This document shows positions 1-9,062 of a DNA stretch of 33,836 bases, piece after piece. Origin of the DNA: Candidatus Fraserbacteria bacterium (GTDB lineage: Bacteria; Bipolaricaulota; Bipolaricaulia; RBG-16-55-9). Position 1 is the stretch's first letter. Each line of letters opens with the position of its first letter. Under the pieces are notes generated by a model that made no database searches, was not told the origin of the DNA, and saw only the letters and a program-made list of their open reading frames with translations. Location of the stretch: positions 1-33,836 of the forward strand of contig JBBIOR010000018.1 of the NCBI GenBank assembly GCA_037443265.1. The letters are read 5' to 3'. Position numbers and translations under genes: made by a program.

Positions 1-50
1 AGAACGCCATCGCCGTAGCCGCCAAGGCCTTGGAATGGCTGCCTGCCTGA
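1..50 (+). CDS. 3' end of an upstream gene (partial; ...NAIAVAAKALEWLPA*)
   Basis: Open frame from 3 to TGA 48-50 with GC-rich codon usage, followed by a promoter. Too short to assign a product. Confidence 0.5.
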   Translation, partial: NAIAVAAKALEWLPA

Positions 51-59
51 TTGGCGCAC

Positions 60-89
60 TTGACAACTCCCGCAAGCTCATTCTACGAT
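60..89 (+). promoter_or_regulatory. sigma70-type promoter for the RHH gene
   Basis: TTGACA (60-65), 18 bp spacer, TACGAT (84-89). Confidence 0.6.
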
Positions 90-136
90 GGAATGAATCC
101 GACCAACGGAGTGAGTTCTGTCAGAAAGGAGCCCAG

Positions 137-322
137 ATGCAACTTACGATCTATTACACAGAAGACGACAAATGGCTGCTGGATAAGATCGAGGCCAAGG
201 CCTATGCGGAGCGCCGAAGCTCAAGTGCGCTCATCATGAAAATCCTTCATGAGTACTTTGCTAAGCAAGAGGGTGAGTCTTCCCGGGATAAGCGGAAACC
301 CAAGCGCAAGACCACCCCTTAG
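137..322 (+). CDS. small ribbon-helix-helix (CopG/Arc-like) DNA-binding protein, 61 aa
   Basis: AAGGAG SD before ATG137. MQLTIYY beta-strand, then helix, then 'ERRSSSALIMKILHEYF' RHH-like second helix, and a basic tail. Confidence 0.6.
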   Translation: MQLTIYYTEDDKWLLDKIEAKAYAERRSSSALIMKILHEYFAKQEGESSRDKRKPKRKTTP

Positions 323-356
323 CCACTGGCGGGCTGCTCTTTTGGGAGGCTGGGAC

Positions 357-387
357 TTGACACGATCCTTGCGCAGGGTGCTACAAT
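357..387 (+). promoter_or_regulatory. sigma70-type promoter with extended -10
   Basis: TTGACA (357-362) and TGcTACAAT (379-387). The 19 bp spacer is long, but the extended -10 is present. Confidence 0.5.
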
Positions 388-423
388 GCCCTCCTCAGAG
401 CGAGCATCGCAAAAGGGGGCAAG

Positions 424-642
424 ATGGAGCTCCAGGAGGCACTCACATTCTGGGCGAGCACTGCGGTCGACAGCGGCGCGGAAGATCAACCCATCGCGAT
501 CGACGCGGAATCGATCCCCGGTTGGGTGATCGCCTTGCGTCGCCCGCGCGATCGGGCTCCATATGTGGAGATCTGGTCCGCCAAGGATTTCATCACCGAG
601 ACTCAGATCCATCAACGGACTCGGACCCAGAGGAGCTTTTGA
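424..642 (+). CDS. hypothetical protein, 72 aa
   Basis: Purine-rich SD (AAAGGGGG), own promoter, protein-like composition. No family recognised. Confidence 0.55.
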   Translation: MELQEALTFWASTAVDSGAEDQPIAIDAESIPGWVIALRRPRDRAPYVEIWSAKDFITETQIHQRTRTQRSF

Positions 643-695
643 GCCGCACAGCGCGAAGCCTCCCCCGTACGGCTGCCACCTCCCGCAGCTGAGCT

Positions 696-1385
696 ATGCC
701 TCAAGGCAGTGGGGCCAGAGGGAAGATCAAGCTGGCCCCTTCCATTCTCGCAGCGGACTTTACGCGGCTCGGCCGGCAGCTGTCTGAAGTCGAGCGGGCG
801 GGGGCGGATCGCATCCACGTCGATGTGATGGACGGACATTTCGTGCCCCCCATCACCCTGGGGCCTGTGATCGTCGAGGCCGTGCGAAAGGCTACGACTC
901 TGCCCATTGAAGCGCATCTTATGGTCGAGAGGCCTGAGCACGTCTTTTCTGATTTCATCGGAGCCGGGGCGAATATCGTGATTGTGCATCAAGAGAGCAC
1001 GGCCCATCTCCATCGGCTCATCCAGCAGATTCGAGCGCAGGGGGCAAGAGCCGGCGTGGCGCTCAATCCGGCCACGCCCGCAGGCGCCTTGGAGGAGATT
1101 CTGGAAGAGATCCAGCTTGTGCTCGTAATGACCGTCAACCCCGGCTATGCCGGTCAGGCCTTCATCCCAAGGATGCTGGACAAGATCCAGCGGGTGCGGC
1201 GGATGATCGAGGCCAAGGGGCTTTCTTGCGAGCTGGAGGTCGATGGCGGCATCGGGCCGCAGACGGCCCAAAAGGTCGCCCGAGCCGGGGCCGATGTGCT
1301 CGTTGCCGCCTCGGCGATCTTCCGGAGTCGAGCGGGCATCAAAGCTGCGATCCGTCGCCTCCTAGAGAGTGCCGAGCAGGGTTGA
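696..1385 (+). CDS. rpe: ribulose-phosphate 3-epimerase
   Basis: Motifs APSILAADF, HVDVMDGHFVP, AHLMV, VMTVNPG, EVDGGI. Confidence 0.97.
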   Translation: MPQGSGARGKIKLAPSILAADFTRLGRQLSEVERAGADRIHVDVMDGHFVPPITLGPVIVEAVRKATTLPIEAHLMVERPEHVFSDFIGAGANIVIVHQESTAHLHRLIQQIRAQGARAGVALNPATPAGALEEILEEIQLVLVMTVNPGYAGQAFIPRMLDKIQRVRRMIEAKGLSCELEVDGGIGPQTAQKVARAGADVLVAASAIFRSRAGIKAAIRRLLESAEQG

Positions 1386-2240
1386 TGGTGAGCGCGTTGG
1401 GTGCGGAAGGCGCCTTAGGGCATACAGGCCGGCTCCCAGCCCTATGAGGGCGATGGCCAGGACCACCGGCGGATAGCTTGTGCCCAGCAGAATCTGGACC
1501 GGATCGATGTCTGGATGATATCTTTGCCAGAGGCCCGCCTCCAGCGTGGACCAGAGATTATTGAAGGCATGGGCCGCCATAGCTGGATAGAGGCTCCCTG
1601 TCCTCACCACCAGATACCCCAGATAGATTCCCGTAGGGAAGACCATGATCACCTGGAGGGGGTCCAGATGGACGAGCGCGAATAAGATCGCGGTCAGGGT
1701 CACGGCCAGCCTAGGGCGAAAGCGGGAGAGAAGCCCGCACAAGATGAACCCGCGAAAGGCCAACTCTTCGCCGATCCCAGGCCCTACGCTAATCGCTAGG
1801 ACAAAGAGCGAGTACTTCAGGGGATGCCCGAACTGAGACGCGCGAATCAAATTGAGCAGGTTTTCAGATAACAGCCCAGGCCATAGCACCAGCAGAAAGG
1901 CGGTGAGCCGCCCCACGATCATGCCCAGGGCTATGACGGTCACGGCCGACCAGAGATAGAGGCGCAGAAGGCAAGGGCGCAGACTCAGCGTCTCTCTGGC
2001 ATCGAACCGGCCTCGCGCAAGCAGCCAAGCAATTAAGAGCATCGTGAGCAAGAGGGAGATGGGCCCGGCCATGATATAGCCCAGTTGGGGATCGGAATGG
2101 GGATCGACGCCCAGCGCTATGAACACGAAAGCGCCCAGCACTCCGACGCCGAGGAAGGAGACGATCAGCCACAGGAGAAAGAACACGACGGCATGAGATA
2201 GCTGGGGCGTACGAGTCTCAGGGGCCTGAGGCTCTATCAT
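1362..2240 (-). CDS. CPBP (CAAX/Abi) family intramembrane metalloprotease
   Basis: Multiple TM segments; EELAFRG, FALVH and AMAAHAFNN motifs. 3' end overlaps rpe by 24 bp. Confidence 0.92.
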   Translation of the reverse strand: MIEPQAPETRTPQLSHAVVFFLLWLIVSFLGVGVLGAFVFIALGVDPHSDPQLGYIMAGPISLLLTMLLIAWLLARGRFDARETLSLRPCLLRLYLWSAVTVIALGMIVGRLTAFLLVLWPGLLSENLLNLIRASQFGHPLKYSLFVLAISVGPGIGEELAFRGFILCGLLSRFRPRLAVTLTAILFALVHLDPLQVIMVFPTGIYLGYLVVRTGSLYPAMAAHAFNNLWSTLEAGLWQRYHPDIDPVQILLGTSYPPVVLAIALIGLGAGLYALRRLPHPTRSPSTLLGTL

Positions 2241-2248
2241 GGCGACTC

Positions 2249-2278
2249 ACTATAGCAGGAGCCCTACGGGACCGACAA
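2249..2278 (-). promoter_or_regulatory. promoter directly before the CPBP ATG (leaderless-type)
   Basis: Minus strand TTGTCG-18-TATAGT with TG extension, 8 nt before ATG2240. No SD. Confidence 0.55.
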
Positions 2279-2413
2279 TTGTCATGGGGCGGAATTGAGC
2301 CACTGCCCGAAGGAAAGCGGACGAATCTCCTCCAGCCGCTTAGACATCTGGCCTTCTGTGGGATCGCTCTTGTGTCTACAGTACGAGCCGTGCTGACGCT
2401 CTCACAGCTGCCC

Positions 2414-3469
2414 ATGCGTAAGGCTCGCTCGCCTCGCCGACGGTTCTGGGTGCTGTGTTCTTTGAGTTTGAGTCTGCTGGCCCTTCTTGTGAGCCGTCTA
2501 TTCCTCGGGGGTGCCATTGACTTGGGAAGCGGCGTTGTCGGGGAAGACGCTTTTGAGCGCTCCAGTTGGCAGAATCGCAGGGGCATCTATCTCACCTCGC
2601 TGCTGGCGTCGCGCCCCGAGCGCTTAGCAGAGATCATCGAGCAAGCGAACAGGCACGGACTCAATGCCATCGTGATCGATGTCAAAGACAACCATGGGGT
2701 TGTCGCGTATGACACTCAGGTGCCTTTGGCCCGAACGATCGGTGCCCGCGAAGTCCGCTTCGATCTTAAAACGCTCGTCGAGAGCCTGAAAGCGCGTGGG
2801 CTGTACGTGATCGCCCGCCAGGTGGTGTTCTATGACCCCAAGCTGGCGTCCCATCTAAAGAGCCGGCTTGGACCCTGGGTCTCCCCGACGGAAGAGCGCG
2901 TGGTGGCCTACAACTTGGCCATCGCGGAGGAGGTGGCGGCCGCCGGCTTCCATGAGATCCAATTCGATTACATTCGCTATCCTGACGGAGGGGATCTGCG
3001 GCCCATCTACGGGACGCGCTATCGAGCTATTCGAGATTTCCTAAGGCGGGCCTACGAGAGGCTGCATGCCCAGATCAATCTCTCGGCCGATGTGTTCGGT
3101 CGGACGCTTTGGGATTGGAATCTTAAAAAGATCGATCCCATCGGCCAGGCGCTCGACGAGCTCAGGCCCTATGTCGATCTGCTCTCGCCGATGGTCTATC
3201 CGTCGCATTACGAGGATCGTCGCTTCTGGGACGATCCGTATGGGACGGTCAAGAAGAGCTTGCAGAACGGGCTGGAGAGGGATTTGAAGATGAGGCCCTT
3301 CTTGCAGGCCTTTGAGATGCGCTTGCCTGTGGGGATGACTCAGGAAGAGTACATCCTGGAGCAGATTCGGGCCGTGCGTGAGTTGGGCTTTGGGGGCTAT
3401 CTCTTCTGGAACCCTGAGGGCAACTACGACCCGCTCTGGCGGGCGCTCGCCCGCCTTGGGGAGCCCTGA
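2414..3469 (+). CDS. putative glycoside hydrolase (DUF4015-like TIM barrel) with N-terminal membrane anchor
   Basis: NAIVIDVKD, YVIARQVVFYD, GFHEIQFDYIRYP, SADVFG, SPMVYPSHY and FWNP motifs. Start uncertain (GTG2390 or ATG2414). Confidence 0.8.
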   Translation: MRKARSPRRRFWVLCSLSLSLLALLVSRLFLGGAIDLGSGVVGEDAFERSSWQNRRGIYLTSLLASRPERLAEIIEQANRHGLNAIVIDVKDNHGVVAYDTQVPLARTIGAREVRFDLKTLVESLKARGLYVIARQVVFYDPKLASHLKSRLGPWVSPTEERVVAYNLAIAEEVAAAGFHEIQFDYIRYPDGGDLRPIYGTRYRAIRDFLRRAYERLHAQINLSADVFGRTLWDWNLKKIDPIGQALDELRPYVDLLSPMVYPSHYEDRRFWDDPYGTVKKSLQNGLERDLKMRPFLQAFEMRLPVGMTQEEYILEQIRAVRELGFGGYLFWNPEGNYDPLWRALARLGEP

Positions 3470-3575
3470 GTCCCTAGTAGCCTCTGCGGAAAATGAAGAA
3501 TGTCCATCTTTATAGCGCTTAGTTTGTGTTCTTGCTGTTTTATATGCCACATAAGTGAAAAATTGTCAGCTTTCC

Positions 3576-3604
3576 TTGCGGATCTTGCCTCTTTGTGCTA
3601 TAGT
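3576..3604 (+). promoter_or_regulatory. promoter of the glutamate-synthase-like cluster
   Basis: TTGCGG-17-TATAGT with TGTG extension and an AT-rich upstream region; 5 nt before ATG3610. Confidence 0.65.
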
Positions 3605-3609
3605 GTAGC

Positions 3610-5046
3610 ATGGCCATGGATGCCCCAGTCACGAGCGACGTCTTGCCGTCGAAGCTGGAACGGCTCTATCATCGCTACCACATCGAGACCAGGGTGGCGC
3701 CAGAGATCGTGCCCCATCCCCATCGCTTCCGCGTGAAGGTGAAGAAGCACGGCTTGGCGCTGTTGCTCCTAAAAGAGCTCATCCACTATCGCGGGAAGAA
3801 GGAAGTCATCCTGAGCCGCCCGTGCGTGTACGGTGTCTTTTCGGGACCGTTGGGAGGGTTCGCGCCCCGTGAGCATCTCTGTGTGGGCTGTCTAAGATGC
3901 ACCACGCAATATCCCGAGTTCGTGCAGATCTATCCCAATCCCGCACGTTCAAAGCTGGGCGACTCATTCCTCACCCCCGACCTTGTGGACACCATCGTCT
4001 ATGAGGCGCGCACAGGAAGGGTGCCCGTGAAGGGCGCGGGCTATCGCGGCCCCTTCGGAGGAGAGGGCTGGGACGGCATGTGGACGGACATGTCTGAGAT
4101 TGTCCGTCCCACGCGCGACGGCATACACGGGCGAGAGTACATCTCGACCGCGGTGGATATCGGCGAGAAGCCGTCGTTTTTGAAGTTCGATGAGCGCGGC
4201 CTTCCCCAAGGTCCGACCCCAAGGGCATTCTCGATTCAGATTCCCATGATCTTTGATGTCCCGCCCGTTTCTGTCCAGTCCCAGAGGCTCTTTGAGATAC
4301 TGAGTCGAGCGGCCCGCGAGGTGGACGCGCTCTCCATCGTGCCCATCTCTCAGATCTTCAGATTCAAACTGGAAGGCCCGCAGATCGTCCCCCTGATAGC
4401 GCCCTCGGAGCGCCCCTCTCTGCGCCATCTAAGCTTTGTGCCGCGCATGATCGAGCTGGCCGGCTGGGATGAGGCGCTCTACCACACGATTGGGGAGCGT
4501 TTCCCAGAGAGCATTATCTGCTTGAGAATGGAGTTCGAAGACGATGTGCTCTCAGAGGTGAAGGGAGGCCTGCGGGTCTTCCATCTGGTGGCGAACTATC
4601 ACGGGCGCGGCAGGGGCGGGCGGTTCGTGCTGGATTTGATTCGCAGGGTGCATCAGGCGCTCGTCGGGGAGGGCATGCGCGAGGAGGTGACGCTCATCGG
4701 CAGCGGTGGGATTGTGGCCGCCGAGCACGTCCCGAAGGCGATCATCTGCGGGTTGGATCTGGTAGCGCTCGATCTTGCGTTGCTTGTGGCCTTGCAAGCC
4801 CGCTTGCAGGGCGAATGCCTCGATGCCCAAACGAGTCGCATCCGTCTGCCCAGGAGGCTCGCGGTGGATTGGGGCGTGCAGCGCATAAAGAACCTAATGG
4901 CCTCCTGGCGCGATCAATTGCTGGAGGTGCTTGGGGCGATGGGCCTAAGAGAAGTTCGACGGCTAAGAGGCGAAGTGGGTCGGGCCATGTTCCAGAGCGA
5001 GCTCGAACAAGAGGCTTTCGCCGGCATTGAGGGATACTCCGCATGA
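3610..5046 (+). CDS. Fe-S-containing, degenerate glutamate synthase FMN-barrel (GltB domain 2-like) protein
   Basis: PCVYGVF...CVGCLRC ferredoxin Cys set; GWDGMWTDMSEIVRPTRDG; GMREEVTLIGSGGI...KAIICGLD; LGAMGLREVRRLRG. Lacks QGAKPG. Confidence 0.8.
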   Translation: MAMDAPVTSDVLPSKLERLYHRYHIETRVAPEIVPHPHRFRVKVKKHGLALLLLKELIHYRGKKEVILSRPCVYGVFSGPLGGFAPREHLCVGCLRCTTQYPEFVQIYPNPARSKLGDSFLTPDLVDTIVYEARTGRVPVKGAGYRGPFGGEGWDGMWTDMSEIVRPTRDGIHGREYISTAVDIGEKPSFLKFDERGLPQGPTPRAFSIQIPMIFDVPPVSVQSQRLFEILSRAAREVDALSIVPISQIFRFKLEGPQIVPLIAPSERPSLRHLSFVPRMIELAGWDEALYHTIGERFPESIICLRMEFEDDVLSEVKGGLRVFHLVANYHGRGRGGRFVLDLIRRVHQALVGEGMREEVTLIGSGGIVAAEHVPKAIICGLDLVALDLALLVALQARLQGECLDAQTSRIRLPRRLAVDWGVQRIKNLMASWRDQLLEVLGAMGLREVRRLRGEVGRAMFQSELEQEAFAGIEGYSA

Positions 5047-6368
5047 AGGCATTAAACGGAAAGACGACAGAAGAGCTCATCCTCGAGAAGCACGTAGAAG
5101 CCCTGCGCCGGGGCTTTCACCTCTGGCCCACGCTCGAGTTCGGCAAGATGCCGGCCTTGGGAGATCATCGCTGGACGGCGGATCTGATCTATTCCACGTG
5201 GGTGCAGGCCGAGACGGGAAGGCCACCGGACAACGGGCTTGAGTATCGTGTTGGGAATTCGGGCGGCGGCTTTGACGCGCTCGATTTCAAATTCTTGCCC
5301 GAAGAGGAGTGGCTGCCGGAAGACGCTGAGATTGCTCTTGTGATCCCGCTCAATCGCCGGCCCTTTGATCGAAAGCTTGAGATTCCCATCCCGTGGTACG
5401 GAGCTGGCATGTCTTACGGGTCAATCAGCGAGCAGATCATGCTGGCCCGCGCCAAGGCCGCGCAAGAATGGCGGACGTTCACGTCCACAGGCGAAGGCGG
5501 CTATCCCGAATCGCTCGTTCCATACAAGGAGCACGTGATCACGCAGATTGCCACGGGCATGTTCGGCGTGCGCGAAGAGACCATTCAATACGCCCCCATC
5601 GTCGAGTTCAAATATGCCCAAGGCGCAAAACCCGGCCTAGGCGGACATCTTCTCGGCGACAAGACGACCGCGGCCGTAGCGAAGATCCGCGAGAGCGTGC
5701 CTTGGGTGAGCCTCTTCTCGCCGTTTCCGTTCCACAGCGTCTATTCCGTCGAAGATCACAAGAAGCACATCGATTGGGTCAAGACTGTCAATCCCGCCTC
5801 TCTTGTCTCTGTGAAAGTTTCTACGCCCACGGACATCGACATGGTGGCGGTGGGTAGCTATTACGCGGGCGCACACATCGTGCACATCGATGGCTCCTAT
5901 GGGGGCACGGGGGCTGCGCCGGAGATTGCCAAAAAGAACATCGCCATGCCCATTGAGCTGGCCATCCCCAAGGTGCATCGCCATCTCATCTTGGAGGGGA
6001 TTCGGGATGAGATCGTCGTGATGGCCTCGGGCGGGATTCGCACGGCGTATGATATGGCCAAGGCCATCGCGCTGGGAGCCGACGGCTGCATTCTGGGCAC
6101 GGTGGAGCTGGTGGCCCTAGGCTGCACGAGGTGTAGCAACTGTGAGCGCGGCCGTGGCTGTCCCTTTGGGCTCACGACTACAGACCCGGAGCTTTCTCAG
6201 CTGGTCGATCCCGAGTGGGGAGCCGAACGCCTCAGCCGTCTCTACGAATCGTTTGCATGGCAGCTGCGCGAGATCTTGAGGAGGCTGGGCTTAAAGAGCA
6301 TTCGGGAGCTTCGAGGAAGGACGGATTTGCTCATCTATCGAAAGGGAGGCCCTTATGGCTCAAACTGA
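5043..6368 (+). CDS. FMN-binding glutamate synthase family protein (GltB domain 2)
   Basis: GMSYGSIS, TGEGG, QIATGMFG, KYAQGAKPGLGGHL, SGGIR..KAIALGAD, CTRCSNCERGRGCPFG. ATGA overlap with the previous gene. Confidence 0.92.
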   Translation: MKALNGKTTEELILEKHVEALRRGFHLWPTLEFGKMPALGDHRWTADLIYSTWVQAETGRPPDNGLEYRVGNSGGGFDALDFKFLPEEEWLPEDAEIALVIPLNRRPFDRKLEIPIPWYGAGMSYGSISEQIMLARAKAAQEWRTFTSTGEGGYPESLVPYKEHVITQIATGMFGVREETIQYAPIVEFKYAQGAKPGLGGHLLGDKTTAAVAKIRESVPWVSLFSPFPFHSVYSVEDHKKHIDWVKTVNPASLVSVKVSTPTDIDMVAVGSYYAGAHIVHIDGSYGGTGAAPEIAKKNIAMPIELAIPKVHRHLILEGIRDEIVVMASGGIRTAYDMAKAIALGADGCILGTVELVALGCTRCSNCERGRGCPFGLTTTDPELSQLVDPEWGAERLSRLYESFAWQLREILRRLGLKSIRELRGRTDLLIYRKGGPYGSN

Positions 6369-8937
6369 AGCGGAGAAGATTATCGCCTCGCGAAGGTCGC
6401 TCCTCTGCGGCCTAGAGATTCCCAAGCAGAAGGCCGAAGCGGAGGGAGGCTGCGGCGTGATCGGGATCGCCTGCGATGAAAAAATCCCTGCGCGCCATCT
6501 GTTGCAAGCGTTAAAACAGATGCGCAATCGGGGCAATGGCAAGGGTGGTGGCATCGCAGCGGTGGGCCTCATCCCTGAAGAGCTGGGGGTAAATCGAGAG
6601 ATCCTCGAGCGCGACTATCTGCTCGCCGTAGCCTATCTCGAGCCCGCCGTGCGCCCACTCGTCGAGAAGACTCATATCTACCCGACCTTCGACGTGGATC
6701 ATGTGGGGCACGTCCCCACGCTCAAAGATTTTCGAGCGTTGCCGGGACTCGAAATCCAGCCGCCGGACGTCTATTACTACTTCGTACGCGTGAAACCCGC
6801 TCTCTTGGAGGAATTTCAGAAGAGTCATGGACTGGAAAGACTCTCTCGCGCGTGCATCGAGGATGAGATCGTCTATCAGAACACGTATCGCCTGAACCGT
6901 GAGTATTACGCGGCCACGGGCGAGAAGCGGGCCTTTGTTCTGTCACATGGCAAGGACATGCTCGTGCTCAAGATGGTCGGTTACGGCGACGACGTCATTC
7001 GCTATTATAAATTAGAGGATCTGCACGCCCACGTCTGGATCGGTCACCATCGCTACCCGACCAAGGGGAAAGTATGGCACCCTGGCGGCGCACACCCGTT
7101 TGTGGGACTCCATGAGGCTCTCGTGCACAACGGAGACTTCGCAAACTACGCTTCCATCACGACCTATCTGGCCCAGCGCAACATCCAGCCGCTCTTCCTC
7201 ACAGACACGGAAGTCTCCGTGCTCGTCTTTGATCTGCTCCATCGGGTCTACCATTATCCTCTGGAGTACGTGATTGAGTCTTTGGCCCCCACAACAGAGC
7301 GGGACTTTACTCTGCTTCCTCAAGAGAAGCAGCGCATCTATCAGATGCTCCAGGCCGTTCATATTCACGGCTCGCCCGACGGCCCGTGGTTCTTCCTGAT
7401 CGCCCAAGCTCTGCCCTCCCATGGCCTGGCGGCCGTCTATCGCCTCATCGGCATCACCGACACGAGCATGCTGCGGCCTCAAGTCTTCGCGCTTCAATCA
7501 GGGGAGGCCACGATCGGCTTTGCGGCTTCAGAGAAGCAGGCCATCGATGCGGCCTTAGAAAGTCTGGCGGGCGAGAACCCGCGCTTCTGGAGTCGCGCAG
7601 ACAAATACTGGAACGCACGGGGCGGCAGCCATACCGACGGCGGAGCCTTTCTATTCACAGTGGCTACGAACGGCAGCGGAAGAGCACAGCTGGTATGCAC
7701 GGACAAATTTGGCCGACGCATTGACGTAAGCCGGGCGAAGCGGCCTTGCCCTCAGGGAGCTTCTCGACGCTCGGCCCCTGTAAAACTCGAGGGCACAGCG
7801 GCAGAGATCTTCAAGCGCCTGCAAGAAGAGCTCCCTTCTTGGGATTATGGTGATGTGATCCGCTTCCTCAGCGAACTCGAAGCCTCTGCTCGCAAAGACT
7901 GTGAGCGCGGTCGGGCCATCGAAGTGCTCACGCTGCTTATGGATCGACGCTATGCCACGGGCGAGCTGCGCCGAAGCAGCCTCTTAGCTCTTTATGATCA
8001 ATGCTTTGCTGCCATCGTCGAGTCCATCCGCAAAGCACCTTCCGAGGCGTATGTGTACCTCAGCGTAGCAGGCCGGCAGCCCGAGCCGGGGAGCGCAGAT
8101 CAGACGCTCGTGATCGACGCGCGCGGCTATGCTCCTGAGGGCCTAAACTCCTTAGCTCTAGAGATCGTACAGCAGTACCGACGCGGCTTCCGAAAATTTC
8201 TCATCGCGCACGCCAAGGGGCATCGCTTCATCGCCAACGGGCTGGGGCCCCACACCCAGGGCGTGCGCATCGACGTCTACGGCTCATCGGGAGATTATCT
8301 GGCTTCAGGCATCGACGGGGCGGCAGTCTACGTGCACGGCCACGCGCAAGACCAACTCGCCCAGATCATGAAAGACGGAGAACTCGTGGTCTACGGGGAT
8401 GTGGGTCAGACGTTCATGTACGCGGCCAAGGGCGGACAGGCTTATATTCTGGGCCATGCGGCGGGTCGGCCCCTGATCAATGCCGTGGGCAAGCCGCGCG
8501 TGGTCATTAACGGGACTTGTCTGGATTATCTGGCGGAATCGTTCATGGCTGGAGATCCCTTAAGCGGCGGCGGCTTTGTGATTCTAAATGGCATCGCCCT
8601 GGATGACGATGGGCAGATCCTCGAGCTAGACACGCCCTACCCCGGCGGGAATCTCTTCTCACTCGCTTCAGGGGGAGCGATTTACGTGCGCGATCCTCAT
8701 GGCAGAGTGACGGAGGATCAGCTGAACGGCGGTGAGTTTGCCCCTCTCAGCGATCAAGATTGGGCTGTGATCAAGCCATATTTGGAGGAGAACGAACGAT
8801 TGTTTGGCATTCCCGTGGAACGTCTGCTCAGCGTCGATGGCCAGAGGCTTCTGCCAAGGCAGATCTATCGCAAGATCAAGCCCGGCCCGGTGCGGGCGCT
8901 CCAGGCCGAAGAGGCGTGGGTCAAAAGACACGAGTGA
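6355..8937 (+). CDS. glutamate synthase amidotransferase (class II GAT, domain 1) fused to a GXGXG beta-helix (domain 3)
   Basis: EGG|CGVIG Ntn cysteine (C33), RGNGKGGG, GHHRYPT, AHPF, HNGD, TDTE; C-terminal repeats YGSSGDYLASGIDG and GDVGQTFMYAAKGG. Confidence 0.9.
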   Translation: MAQTEAEKIIASRRSLLCGLEIPKQKAEAEGGCGVIGIACDEKIPARHLLQALKQMRNRGNGKGGGIAAVGLIPEELGVNREILERDYLLAVAYLEPAVRPLVEKTHIYPTFDVDHVGHVPTLKDFRALPGLEIQPPDVYYYFVRVKPALLEEFQKSHGLERLSRACIEDEIVYQNTYRLNREYYAATGEKRAFVLSHGKDMLVLKMVGYGDDVIRYYKLEDLHAHVWIGHHRYPTKGKVWHPGGAHPFVGLHEALVHNGDFANYASITTYLAQRNIQPLFLTDTEVSVLVFDLLHRVYHYPLEYVIESLAPTTERDFTLLPQEKQRIYQMLQAVHIHGSPDGPWFFLIAQALPSHGLAAVYRLIGITDTSMLRPQVFALQSGEATIGFAASEKQAIDAALESLAGENPRFWSRADKYWNARGGSHTDGGAFLFTVATNGSGRAQLVCTDKFGRRIDVSRAKRPCPQGASRRSAPVKLEGTAAEIFKRLQEELPSWDYGDVIRFLSELEASARKDCERGRAIEVLTLLMDRRYATGELRRSSLLALYDQCFAAIVESIRKAPSEAYVYLSVAGRQPEPGSADQTLVIDARGYAPEGLNSLALEIVQQYRRGFRKFLIAHAKGHRFIANGLGPHTQGVRIDVYGSSGDYLASGIDGAAVYVHGHAQDQLAQIMKDGELVVYGDVGQTFMYAAKGGQAYILGHAAGRPLINAVGKPRVVINGTCLDYLAESFMAGDPLSGGGFVILNGIALDDDGQILELDTPYPGGNLFSLASGGAIYVRDPHGRVTEDQLNGGEFAPLSDQDWAVIKPYLEENERLFGIPVERLLSVDGQRLLPRQIYRKIKPGPVRALQAEEAWVKRHE

Positions 8938-8960
8938 GAGCAAAGAAGGAGGCGCGGGGT

Positions 8961-9062
8961 ATGAATCGCGTCTGGCTTATAGTGCTCTTGGTCATCTCCG
9001 TGCTCAAGATCGCTGGAGCGCGTGGCCCAGCCGCTCATGGATCACGTCTTCCAGACTCATAG
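8961..9062 (+). other. 33-codon ORF with strong SD, signal-peptide-like (small protein or gene remnant)
   Basis: AAGGAGG at 8946-8952, ATG8961, MNRVWLIVLLVISVL..., then runs antisense into the 3' end of the next gene. Confidence 0.4.

Noticed and set aside
612..1271. 219-aa minus-strand ORF
   Set aside because: Antisense shadow of rpe, typical of high-GC coding DNA.
2243..2255. CGACTCACTATAG, a 13-nt match to the T7 promoter (vector contamination?)
   Set aside because: It lacks the TAATA and GG flanks and has no vector context. It is explained as the reverse complement of the CPBP extended -10 plus spacer.
3480..3575. Possible GlnR/CodY/Rex operator upstream of the glt cluster
   Set aside because: AT-rich, but only partial half-site matches and no convincing palindrome.
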